Shown one piece after another: positions 25,101 to 36,094 of a DNA stretch of 64,000 bases. Source of the DNA: Squalus acanthias (lineage: Eukaryota); NCBI GenBank assembly GCA_030390025.1, contig JASTWF010000033.1, positions 4,218,001 through 4,282,000 of the forward strand, read 5' to 3'. Under the pieces are notes generated by a model that saw nothing but the letters and a program-made list of their open reading frames with translations, had not been told where the DNA came from and did not search any database. Every line of letters begins with the position of its first letter. The first letter of the stretch is position 1. The translations under genes were made by a program, and so were the position numbers.

Positions 25101-26424
25101 GGTGGAATGGGGAGTAGCTGAGGATATTAGGTGGGGTGGGGAGGAGCTGAGTATATTGGGTGGGGTGGGGAGGAGCTGAGGATATTTAGTGGGGTGGGGA
25201 GGAGCTGAGGATATTAGGTGGGGTGGGGAGGAGCTGAGGATATTAGGTGGGTTGGGAATGACCTAAGGATATTAGCTGGTGTGGGGAGGAGCAGAGGATA
25301 TTAGGTGGTGTGGGGAGGAGCTGAGGATATTAGGTGGGGTGGGGAGGAGCTGAGGATATTAGGTGGGGTGGGGAGGAGCTGAGGATATTAGGTGGGGTGG
25401 GGGAAGAGCTGAGGATATTAGGTTGGGTGGGGAGGAGCTGAGGATATTAGGTGGGGTGGGGAGGAGCTGAGGATATTAGATGGGGTGGGGAGGAGCTGAG
25501 GATTTTAGGTCGGGTGGGGAGGAGCTGAGGATATTAGATGGGGTTGGGAGGAGCTGAGATATTAGGTGGGGTGGGAAGGAGCTGACGATATTAGGTGGGG
25601 TGGGGAGGAGCTGAGAATTTTAGGTCGGGTGGGGAGGAGCTGCGGATGTTAGGTGGGGTGGGGAGGAGCTGAGGATATTAGGTGGGGTGGGGAGGAGCTG
25701 AGGATATTAGGTGGGGTGGGGAGGAGCTGAGGATATTAGGTGGGGTGGGGAGGAGCTGAGGATATTAAGTGGGGTGGGAAGGAGCTGAGGATATTAGCTG
25801 GGGTGGGGAGGAGCAGAGGATATTAGGTGGGGTGGGGAGGAGCTGAGGATATTATGTGGGGTGGGGAGGAGCTGAGGATATTAGGTGGGGTGGGGAGGAG
25901 CTGAGGATATTAGGTGGGTTGGGAATGACCTGAGGATATTAGCTGGTGTGGGGAGGAGCAGAGGATATTAGGTGGTGTGGGGAGGAGCTGAGGATATTAG
26001 GTGGGGTGGGGAGGAGCTGAGGATATTAGGTGGGGTGGGGAGTAGCTGAGGATATTAGGTGTCGTGGGGGAAGAGCTGAGGATATTCGGTGTGGTGGGAG
26101 AGGAGCTGAGGATATTAGGTGTGGTGGGGAGGAGCTGAGGTTATTAGGTGGGGTGGGGAGGAGCAGAGGATATTAGGTGGGGTGGGGAGGAGCTGAGGAT
26201 ATTAGATGGGGTGGGGAAGAGCTGAGGATATTAGGTGGGGTGAGGAGGATCTGAGGATTATAGGTGGGGTGGGGAGGAGCTGAGGATATTAGGTGGGGTG
26301 GGGAGGAGCTGAGGATATCAGTTGGGGTGAGGAGGTTCTGAGGATTATAGGTGGGGTGGGGAGGAGCTGCGGATATTAGATGGGGTGGGGAGGAGCTGAG
26401 GATATTAGGTGGGGTGAGGAGGAG
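16174..26424 (+). repeat. G-rich satellite/minisatellite, 29-bp monomer (GGATATTAGGTGGGGTGGGGAGGAGCTGA)
   Basis: Monomer read directly (GAGCTG at 16505 and 16534). Variant AATGACCTAAGG recurs at multiples of 29 (18011 to 19142 = 1131; 24448 to 25260 = 812). Confidence 0.98.
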
Positions 26425-26759
26425 TTTACGATGTGCGATGCATATATCGAAAGTCACAAAGTGAGGCTGAAGGAAAGTGGAGAGCATTTCTGTTATTTGA
26501 AATAAATAATATCTTCACCAACTTCTTCGAAAAATAGTGGTACAAAGTGACAAGCCAGGAGTTTACTCTGCAATAATTCGTCAGATTTTCTGATAAAATT
26601 CCAAAACCACACACAGTTTTAGATGGCTGCCTTTATTAATTATTATTGTTTTTTATTCAATACACAGTGCTTTGCTTCAAATACTGAAAAGACATTTCTC
26701 TACATGACATCTCAGAATAGACATTGGAAAACACACAGACTGCGCAGTTAAGTGACAAG

Positions 26760-27170
26760 TGAACTTTAACATCGATGAATGCGAGGCGATGCACTTTGGT
26801 AGGACACTAGAAACATCATGAGGGTAGTGCGGTTGATGTTGTGTATATGGGCTTTCAAAAGGCGTTTGACAAAGTACCACATGACATACCTGGTCATAAA
26901 ATTGTAGTCCATGTGATTAATGGGACAGGGCACCATGGATACCAAATTGGCCAAGTGTCAGAAAGCAGAGAGTCGTGGTGACGGGTTGTTGTTCAGACTG
27001 GAGCGAAGTACACAGTGGTGTTCCCCAGGGGTCGCTATTAGGACCAGTGCTCTCTTTGATATAATTTAATGACCTAGAGTTGGGTATACAGGGCATCGAA
27101 ACTCGGAAATGTAGCACACAATGAGGAGGATAGTCACAGACTTCAGGAGGACGTAGACTGACTGGTCAAC
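26760..27170 (+). mobile_element. Decayed CR1-type LINE RT fragment
   Basis: Degenerate coding for VDVVYM..QKAFDKVPH (~26830-26882) and GVPQGSLLGP (~27017-27046), with frameshifts. Confidence 0.8.
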
Positions 27171-27171
27171 A

Positions 27172-27260
27172 AGAGAACATAAGAAATAGGAGCAGGAGTA
27201 GGCCATTCGGCCCTTCGATCCAGCTCCACCATTCAATACGATCATGGCTGACCTTCGGTT
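27172..27260 (-). mobile_element. Isolated CR1 3' tail
   Basis: AGAACATAAGAAATAGGAGCAGGAGTAGGCCATTCGGCCC is the reverse complement of the tail type ending the CR1 copy at 35899. Confidence 0.8.
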
Positions 27261-27589
27261 AAAAAGTATTTCATGCAACACCTTCTAACTGACCCTCATT
27301 CCTGCATATAAAGTTATCTCCTTACTCAGTTTACTGGCATATTTTGCATTAGCAGAATAAAATATAATTGGAACCAAAAGCAAGACACTAAATGCCAAGA
27401 AAATTTGGCTGGGTGTTTACCCTTATAAACTGTTCCTCAGGCTGGAGGGTCTGAGAGCTTCAGATTAGGCCCTGGCATGATCCTGCACTTCTCTGATGGC
27501 GTTTCTTTCCGAATCCTATCCCTTTGCTTACAGCATAACCCGAACTCTGATTCAATTAGGCAGACACTTGTCAGATTCTATTTAACACA

Positions 27590-28372
27590 GAGAATTGTGA
27601 AGTGAAAAATGAGAAGAGGCAATGTGATCTCAATGCTGTAACTATAAGGGGAGTGCAGGAACAGAGGATCAAGCATGTATGTACACTAATCTTTGAAGGC
27701 GGCCGGACAATTTGAGAAGTATTTTAATAATGCATAAGGGATCCTTCGCTTTATTAATAAGCAGTAGAGTACAAAAGCAAGGAAGTTATGCGAAAACATT
27801 ATAAAGCACTGATTAGGCGTCAGCTGGAGCATTGTGTCCAATTCTGGACACCACACTTTAGGATAATGTCAAGGCCTTGGAGCGTGTGCAGAAGAGATTT
27901 ACTAGAATGGTACCAGAGACAAGGGACTTCAGTTATGTGGAGAGACTGGAGAAGCTGGGGTTGTTCTGATTAGAGCAGAGAAGGTTAAGAGGAGATTTGA
28001 TAGAGGTGTTCAAACGCCTAAATAGATTTAATAGTGTAATTGAAGAGCAACTGTTTCCAGTGGTAGCGGGGTCGGTAACCAGATGACACAGATTTAATGT
28101 GATTGGCAAAAGAACCGAAGACAACATGAGGAGGATTTATTTTGTTTTACACAGCGAGTTGTTGTGATCTGGAATGTGCTGCCTGAAAGGGTGGTGGAAG
28201 CAGATTCAATAGTAACTTTCAAAGGGGATTTGGAAAAATAGTTGAGATTAAAAAAAATACTGGGGAAAGAGCAGAGGAGTGGTATTAATTGGACAGCTGT
28301 ACCAAACAGCCGGCACAGGTACGGTGGGCTGAATGGCCACCTTCTGTGCTGTATCATTCCATGATTCTATAA
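27590..28372 (+). mobile_element. 5'-truncated CR1 LINE (ORF2 C-terminus plus 3' tail)
   Basis: YKALIRRQLEHCVQFWTPH, RRLRGDLIEVFK, then 3' tail ending CATTCCATGATTCTAT. Confidence 0.85.
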
Positions 28373-28479
28373 TCACCGATACCTTAGAAAATAAGAAACT
28401 GAACGTGGCAGAAGAGCAAAGGGCTCTCGGGCGACAGGTGAACTAATAATTAAATGCAGTATCTCAGGACAGCAAAACA

Positions 28480-29570
28480 ATTAAAATGTTAACAATGAAT
28501 TGGGGTTTATTTCTAAGGAAATAGAATTCAAAAGAAGTGAAGTTGGCCAATGGTGAGAAGTGGTGTTTCACAAGGATCGGTGCTGGCAACACTTTTGTTC
28601 ACCATTTACTTAAACAATTAGGACTCAGGAATCGGAAGTGCAATTTCAAACATTGTGGATGCCACCCAAATGGGTGTTTATGGTTAATACAGAGGGGGAC
28701 TGCGACAAAATCCAGGAAGACTTTATTAAACTGGCAGAATGGGCGTGTAACTGGCAAATGAACCTCAATATGGAGAAATGCGAGGTAGTGCATTTTAATA
28801 GGAAGAATACGGAGGTCACAGACTCCTTGGAAAATAAGTTCTAAACGGGGTTGAGGGACAGAGGGATGTGAGGGTACAGTTACATAAATCACTAAAAGTT
28901 GCAATGCAGGTTGATAAGGCCATAAAAACAAAGAAAGCACTGGGGTTCATTTCTAGAGGAATATAATTGTAAAGAATAGAAGTTATGTTGAACCTGTATG
29001 GAACCTTGGTTAGACCACACTTGGTGTACTGTGAACATGGACTCCATCTTATAAAAAGGGCATAGAGTGTCTGGCGAAGGTACAAAGAGTATTTACTAGA
29101 ATGATACCGGAACTGAGAGGTTATACCTGTCAGGAAAGACTGAACAGGCTGGGGCTCTTTCCTTTAGGAAAGTGAAGACTGAGGGATGATCAGATAGAGT
29201 TCTTTGAGATTAATGAAAGGTTTTCATAGGGTAGATTAGGGAAGGTGTTTCCACTTTCAGGAGAGATCCAGAACTTGGGGTCATAGATTTAAGATAGTCA
29301 TTAATAAATCTAATAGGGAATGCAGGAGAAACCTTTTTACCAAATGAGTGGTCAGAATGTGGAACTCGCCACCACGAGGAGTAGTTGATGCGAATAGCAT
29401 AGACACATTTAAGGGGTAGCGAGACAAGCACATGAGGGGGAAAGGAATAGAACGATATTTTTACTGGGTTAGATGAAGCGGGGTGGGTGGAGGCTCGTGT
29501 GGAGCATGGACACCAACATGAACATTTTGAGTCGAATAGCATGTCTCTGTGCTGTAAATACTTTGTAAAT
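28480..29570 (+). mobile_element. Decayed CR1 LINE 3' half
   Basis: ORF 28638 contains KLAEWACNWQMNLNMEKCEVVHF, followed by ORF2 C-terminal motifs. Tail GTGCTGTAAATACTTTGTAA. Confidence 0.85.
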
Positions 29571-29574
29571 TGTA

Positions 29575-30985
29575 TTAAACATGTATAGGACCGGGGTCGG
29601 GTCACACTTACAGAACTGTGTATGGTTATGGTCTCCATAATATAAAAAAGTCAAAGAAGAACTGGAGAAAGTGCAAAAAATACTTACAACATCAACTTCT
29701 TGTATTTATATAGCGCCTTTAACAAAGTAAAATGACCCAAGCGATTCACGGGAGCGTTATTGAACAACACCTGACCCTGAGCCACATAAGGAGATATTAG
29801 GAAAGATGCCAAAAGCTTAGTCAAAGAGGTAAGTTTTCAGCAGCATCTTAAAGGAGGAGGGAGATTTGGAGAAGCAGAGAGGTTTAGGGAGGGGATTCCA
29901 AGCTTAGGGCCAAGGCAGCTGAAAGCACAGCCGCCAGTGGTGGAGCGGTTACAATCGGGGATGTGCAAGTGGACAGAATTAGAGGAACACAGAGATCTCG
30001 GGAGTGTTGTGGGGCTGGTGGAGCTTGCAGAGGTAGGGAGGGCGAGGCCGTGTAGGGATTTGAAAGCAAGGGTGATAATTTTAAAATGGAGACATTGCCG
30101 GAACGGGAGTCACTGTAGGTCAGCGAGCACAGGGGTGGTGGTTTACCGGGATTTGGTGTGAGTTAGGTGACGGGCAGCACAGCTTTGGATGAGCTCAAGT
30201 TATGCAGGGTGGGAGATGGGAAGCCGGCCAGGAGAGAGTTGGTGTTATCAAGTCTAGAGCTACCAAAGGCATGGATGATGGCTTGAGCAGCAGATGAGCT
30301 GAGGCAGGGGCGAAGTTCGGCGATGTTACAGAGGTAGAGGTGAGCAGTCCTGGTGATGGAGTGAATATCCGGTCGGAAGATCATCCCGTGGTCAAATACG
30401 ACACCAAGGTTGCAAACTGCAAACTGGTGCTAAGGAGAGGGATGGAGTCGATGGCTAGGCAACGGACTTTGTGAAGTGGGCGAATAGCTTCGGTCTTACA
30501 AATATTTAGTTGGATGGCACCAGAACTGAAAGATTGCATCTATCGGGAAAGATTAAACAGGTTGGACCTTTCTGCTATAGAAGAGAGAGGACTGTGATGA
30601 GGCCTGATAGAGATCTTTAAATTAAGAATGGGTTGTACAGGGTAGATGTGGAGAGAATGTTTCCACTTGTGGGAGAATGCAACACTTGGGGTCATAAATA
30701 CAAGATAGTTACTAATAAATTCAACAGGGAAATAAGGAGGAATTTCTTTACTCAGAGAGTGGTTAGAATTTGGAACAAACTCGCACAGGAAGTGGTTGAG
30801 CAAAATACTTTAGATACTTTCAGAATCAAACATGATGAGTAAATGCTAGAAAGAGCAATAGAAAGATATTCTGAGCGGCTGAGATGAGGTCGATGCAATG
30901 AGAGGAGACTGTTGTGGAGCATAAACACCAGCAAAGACTGATTGGGCCGAATGGCCAGTTTGTGTGCTGTATATTCCATGTAATA
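29575..30985 (+). mobile_element. CR1 LINE 3' fragment split by an L2 insertion
   Basis: CR1 text ..GAGAAAGTGCAAAAAATACTTACAA (to ~29689) resumes as GGATGGCACCAGAACTG at 30512. ORF 30633 reads RRNFFTQRVVRIWNKL. Tail GTGCTGTATATTCCATGTAA. Confidence 0.8.
29687..30511 (-). mobile_element. L2-type LINE 3' fragment
   Basis: ORF 30163-30384 (AQAIIHAFGSSRLDNTNSLLAG) matches the L2 ORF2 C-terminal motif. The minus-strand 3' end GTTAAAGGCGCTATATAAATAC is an L2-type tail. Confidence 0.8.
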
Positions 30986-31242
30986 TAATCCTCTGAACTG
31001 CAGCTCAGCTCTGTCTGCCCACCTACTGACCAGGCTCTTAATCTGGAAGCTGCGAATGAATTGCTGCCTTCAATAGCTGCAGGGACTCTTTGCAGAAGAG
31101 CTCAGAGTGAAAGCAGTAAACTAATGCTCTTGTCCCGAGAGACAATGTGGGAATGTCAGTCAGAAACAGTGCCGAGTCCTAAACACAGTGCTCGCCCCGC
31201 CGCTGGCTGTATCTTCAGATCTGGAGCGATTGCTGGTGCAAT

Positions 31243-32222
31243 TCAGTGGATGGCAGTCTGGGGCTGAATTTTACATTCCTGGGCTGGAAACACTGGGATC
31301 CGCCTCTGGGCTGCACTTAGTTGTTTCTGATTATTAATTAATTGAATAATTGTGGAAAGCGGATATTTCACCGCCCTCTTCACCTGCTCTCTGAACTTGG
31401 ACTGGGTCACCCCATAAATAAATGTGTTTGTGCAGCAATTTAAATTCCGCAGCATAAATCCGACTCGTTGAAAGATAAGTAATGAATCAGTGTAATAAAT
31501 GGTTCCTGTAATGGTATAATATAAGAAAACTAAAACAGATACCAGCCACAGCAGTATGAAGCTGCCGGATATGGTGAAGAGTAAAATCACAGACTTCCTT
31601 CTGCTCTCCATCTCTGGGTCTCTGCCATTCTCTCCCTTGCTCTCACCCCTCAGTCCCTTACGGACCCGACTGGCCACAAAAATGTGTCTGACTGTCAGAG
31701 CGTTGAGCAACAGAATTAAAGCGAATGGGAGCAATGGGGTTAAAACCGTATTAAGCCAGTCAAATCCCACCCACCCGGGCTCAGTACGAAAGCTCGGGAT
31801 TGCGGCACAGAACCACGGCACATTGTCGATTATCCTCCTGGGTTGATATATAAAGTAGAATGGAACGTTTTTTAAAGAGAGCAGAATGCAGCTTGTTGCC
31901 AGAACCACAGCCGCAGTTTTCTCGGTGCAATATTTAGTTTTCAGCTTCTGGCAACAAATGGCCACAAATCGATCAAAGGTGAAAGTGACGGTGAACCAGA
32001 CAGAACAGTCTGTGGCTGCACAGGACAGGACAACGAGAACACTACACATAGGGGTGAGGCCCAGGAAAGACCATGGGAAATAATACATTCTGATCCTCCT
32101 CAGTATGACCTCAATGACAATGGCCAGGAGATCCGCCGCTGCCATGCCCACCAGGTAACGAGTGGTGCAGGTGGAGAGCCCGCACTTTCCCCGGGACAGG
32201 ATCACAATCGCCAGCAAATTCA
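31243..32222 (-). CDS. GPR139-like: Orphan class A (rhodopsin-like) GPCR, GPR139/GPR142-like family, coding exon 2 (TM1 end to C-terminus)
   Basis: Uninterrupted frame with hydrophobic helices: VNLLAIVIL (TM1 Asn), MAAADLL (TM2 Asp), FTFDRFVAIC (DRY variant), LPF..ILLLN (TM5), FILLWL (TM6), NCCTNTFIY (TM7), SKFREQ (helix 8). Preceded by polypyrimidine tract and acceptor TCTCTTTTCCCTTTTGTGTTTTACAG. Confidence 0.92.
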
Positions 32223-32296
32223 CTGTAAAACACAAAAGGGAAAAGAGACTGGAAATTACTGATCAAACATTCTCGGTGTCTGAACCCAGGCAGTCG

Positions 32297-33301
32297 GGCT
32301 GGATTTTAACACCGCAAAAACCGGCGGGTTGAGTTCGGGTCAGAGGTGAAAATTGAACAATATTCTCCCGAACCCAACCCGCCTCCAACCCGCCCGCTTC
32401 CGATTTTAACGGAGACGGGACAGGGTGCGGGCAGCGAACCGCTCCCAGGAGGCGGGTTGGCAAGTTAAATATTTTAATGAGGCGGGCAGCCTCTGATTTA
32501 ACCTGTTCACAGGTTTAACTGCGACTGGCCGGGCTTCCTGGGCCTCGGGAATGATGTCAGCCCCACCCCGCAAGCTCTACCCACTGCCCGAGCACCCCAA
32601 GAATAGAATCCTGGGGTCGGGTTCGGACATCCCTAAGACTGGGGATTGGACAAACACCCGGGAGCGGTCGAACCACCGGGACCGGTCAAACTCCCCGGGA
32701 CCAGTCAAACCCCCCGGGACCGGTCAAACCCCCAGGACTGGTCAAACCTCCGGGACCGGTCAAACCCCCGGGACCAGTCAAACCCCCCGGGACCAGTCAA
32801 AACCCCGGGACCAGTCAAACCCCCCGGGACCAGTCAAACCCCCGGGACCAGTCAAACCCCCCGGGACCAGTCAAATCCCCGGGACCAGTCAAACCCCCCG
32901 GGACCGGTCACACCCCCGGGACCGGTCAAACCCCCGGGAATGGTCAAATCCCCGGGACCGGTAATACCCCGGGACCGGTTAAACCTCCTGGAATGGTCAA
33001 ACCCCCGGATCCCTGATGGGACACACCGCGGGATCAGACGCCCCATCCAACCCAGTTTCGTCCATCTGACCTACCTGGTCCTGACCCGGAGTCCCCCCAC
33101 CCTGTCTGACTAGCAGCCCGACTGTCAATCAGGCTGACTTCCCGGGTGGGGAACCAGTCAAAGACAAATGACGTACGCTGTGGAGTTAAGTCACGCCAAC
33201 GTCTGGGAATACCTGGACTTCCAGGTATCCTGTCTGATATTCTATATCCACCCCGAACCAACCGGCCATCGGACATAACCCGCCTCTGTTAATATCCAGG
33301 C
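32297..33301. mobile_element. Non-autonomous TIR (MITE-like) element with internal minisatellite
   Basis: Imperfect terminal inverted repeats GGCTGGATTTTAAC ... GTTAATATCCAGGC and subterminal inverted motif GGCGGGTTGAGTTCGGG / CCCGAACCAACCGGCC. GC-rich relative to flanks. Confidence 0.6.
32650..33010. repeat. ~18-20-bp minisatellite (CCCCCGGGACCAGTCAAA)n
   Basis: Tandem units with variable C-run length, read directly. Confidence 0.92.
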
Positions 33302-33353
33302 GGAAGTATATGACCAAATGCAAAATACTGAGGCTGCTGTAAATCGGTTAAGA

Positions 33354-36094
33354 GCATAAGAACATAAGTAATCGGAGCAGGAGTAGGCCGTTCGGCCCTT
33401 CGAGCCAGCTCTGCAATTCAATCAGATTATGGCTGATCTTCTGCCTCAATTCCATTCACCGGCACAATTGTCAAATCCCTTGATGCCCTTACTAGTCAGA
33501 AATCTATCGACTTCTGTTTTGAATATACCCAATGACTGAGCCTCCACAGCCCTCTGGGGTAGAGAATTGCAAAGATTCACCACCCTCTGTTTGAAGAAAT
33601 GTCTTCTCATCTTAGTCCTGAATGGCCTACCCTTTATCCAGAGGCTGTGGCCCCCGGTTCTAGACTCCCCAGCCAAGGGAAACATTCTCCCAGTATCCAC
33701 CCTATCAAGCCCTGCAATAATTCTGTATGCTTCAATGAGATCCCTTCTCTTTCTTCTGAATTCAAGAGAATGCAGGCCTAGTTTACTCAATCTCTTCTCA
33801 TACGACAGTCCCGCCATCCCAGGAATCAATCTCATGAACCTTCGTTGCACTTCCTCTGTGTCAAGTATATCCTTCCTTATGTAAGGAGACCAAAATTGTA
33901 CACAGTAATCCAGGTGTGGTCTCACCAAGGCCCTATAGAATTGGAGTAAGACTTCTTTACTCCGGTAGTCAAATCCTCTTGTAATGACGACCAGCATACA
34001 ATTTGCCTTTCTAATTGCTTGCTGCACCATCAAATTCACTTTCAGTAATTCATGTACAAGGACATCCAGCCCCCTTTGAGCATCTGCATTCCCCAATCAT
34101 TCACCATTTAGGAAATACACTATCTTTCTGTTTTTTCTACCAAAGTGGATAACTTCACACTTTTCCACATTGTATTCCATCTGCCATGACCTCGCCCACT
34201 CACTGAGCCTCTCGAGATCCCCTTGAAGACTCTTCACATCCATTTCGCAACTGACACTGCCACCGAAATTTGTGTCATCAGCAAATTTGTAAATGTTACA
34301 TTAAGTCCCCTCATCCAAATCATTGATATAGATTGTGAATAGCTGAGGCCCAAGCACCAATCCTTGCGGTACCCCATTAGTCACAGCCTGCCATCCTGAA
34401 AAAGACCCGTGTATCCCTACTCTTTGTTTTCTGTCTGTTAACCAATTATCAATCCATGCTAGTACATTACCCCCAAGTCCATGTGCCGTAATTTTATTCC
34501 CCAGCCCCTTGTGTGGGACCTTATCGAAGGCCGTCTGAAAATCGAAATACACCACATCTATCAGTTCCCCTTTGTCTACTCCACTAGTTACATCCTCACA
34601 GAAATCCAATAGGTTTGTCAATAAGGACTTCCTTTTAATAAATCCATTTTCACTCTGCCCAATCTTACTATTAGTTTCTAAGTGCCCAGTTATTGCATCC
34701 TTTATAATAGATTCCAGCATTTTCGCAACTACTGATGTGAGACCAACAGGTCTGTTGTTCCCCGATTTCTCTCTCCCTCCTTTCTTAAAGAGCGGGGTTA
34801 CATTTGCTCTCCTCCAATCTGCAGGAACCGTTCCAGAATCTATAGAATATTGGAAGATGACAAACAATGCGTCCACTATCCCAATGGCCACCTCTTTCAA
34901 AACCTAGGATTTAGGTCATCCTGTCCTTGAGATTTATCAACTTTCTGTCTCATTAATTTTGCTAGTCCTGTTTTTTTAGTAATAATAATTTCTTTAAGTT
35001 CCTCATTCTCGCCACACCCTTGGTTTTCTCGTATTTCTAAGAGGTTCTTTCTGCCTTCCTCCGTGAAGACAGAAACAAAGTATTTATTTAATTTTTCTGT
35101 CATTTCCTCATTCCCCATTATAAATTCTACCGTCTCTGACTGTAACGGATCTAAATTTATCTTCGCCAGTGCAACGAGACCTGGGTGTCCTTGTGCACAG
35201 TCGCTGAAGGTAAGCATACAGGTGCAGCAGGCGGTTAAGAAGGCAAATGGTATGTTGGCCTTCGTAGCGAGAGGGTTTGAGTACAGGAACATGGATGTCT
35301 TGCTGCAGTTGTACAGCGCCTTGGTGAGATCACATCTTGAGTATTGTGTGCAGTTTTGGTCGCCTTATCTGAGGAAGGATGTTCGTGCCATGCAAGGAGT
35401 TCAGCGAAGATTCCCCAGGCTGATACCTGGGATGGCCGGGATGACGTATGATGAGAGATTGGGTCGATTGGGCTTATACTCGCTGGAGTTTAGAGGAATG
35501 AGAGGGGATCTCATTGAAACTTATAACATTCTGACAGGCCTGGATAGACTAGACGCAGGAAGGATGTTCCCGATGGTCGGAGAGTCCAGAGCCAGTGGTC
35601 ACAGTCTAAGGATAAGGGGTAAGCCATTTAAGACAGAAATGAGGAGGAATTTATTTACCCAGAGATTGGTGAACCTGTGGAATTCTCTACCATAGTAGGC
35701 AGTAGAGGCCAATTAATTAAATATATTCAAGAAGGAGTTGGATATATTTCTTAAGGCTAAAGGGATCAAGGGATATGGGGAGAAAGCAGGGAGAGGGTTA
35801 TGAATTTGGATGATCAGCCATGATCGCATTGAATGGCAGAGCAGGCTACAAGGGCCGAATGGCCTACTCCTGCTCCTATCTTCTATGTTTCTATGTTTCA
35901 CATACCTATAGAAGCTTTAATAATCCGTTTATATATTTTTCGCTAGTTTGTGCTCGTATTCCATTTCCCCTTTCTTTACCAATTTCTTGGTCCCCCTTAG
36001 CTGATTTCTAAAAAGATCCCATTACTCAGGCTGACCGCTTTTTCTGGCAACTTTATAAGCTTCCTCCTTTGACTTAATAGTAGCTTTAATTTAA
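33354..36094 (-). mobile_element. CR1 LINE ORF2 (RT) relic, interrupted by a plus-strand CR1
   Basis: ORF pieces [64 protein letters not shown]. Tail at 33354. Flanked by TTAAGA at 33348-33353 and 36095-36100. Confidence 0.9.
35168..35899 (+). mobile_element. 5'-truncated CR1 LINE nested in the opposite-strand CR1
   Basis: ORF 35063-35695 C-terminal part QQAVKKANGMLAF...LVRSHLEYCVQFWSP...FTQRLVNLWNSLP. Tail TTCTATGTTTCTATGTTTC. Confidence 0.9.

Noticed and set aside
1..26424. CRISPR-like appearance of regular short repeats
   Set aside because: Repeats are head-to-tail with no unique spacers, there are no cas genes, and the context is eukaryotic.
16174..26424. Telomeric array (TTAGG motif)
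   Set aside because: TTAGG occurs once per 29-mer followed by T. There are no (TTAGGG)n runs.
32223..32235. ORF-track start 'MCFT' for the GPCR
   Set aside because: Non-ATG start lying in the polypyrimidine tract/acceptor. The true N-terminus comes from exon 1.
32551..33113. Pro/Gly-rich ORFs
   Set aside because: Derived from the variable-length minisatellite inside the TIR element.
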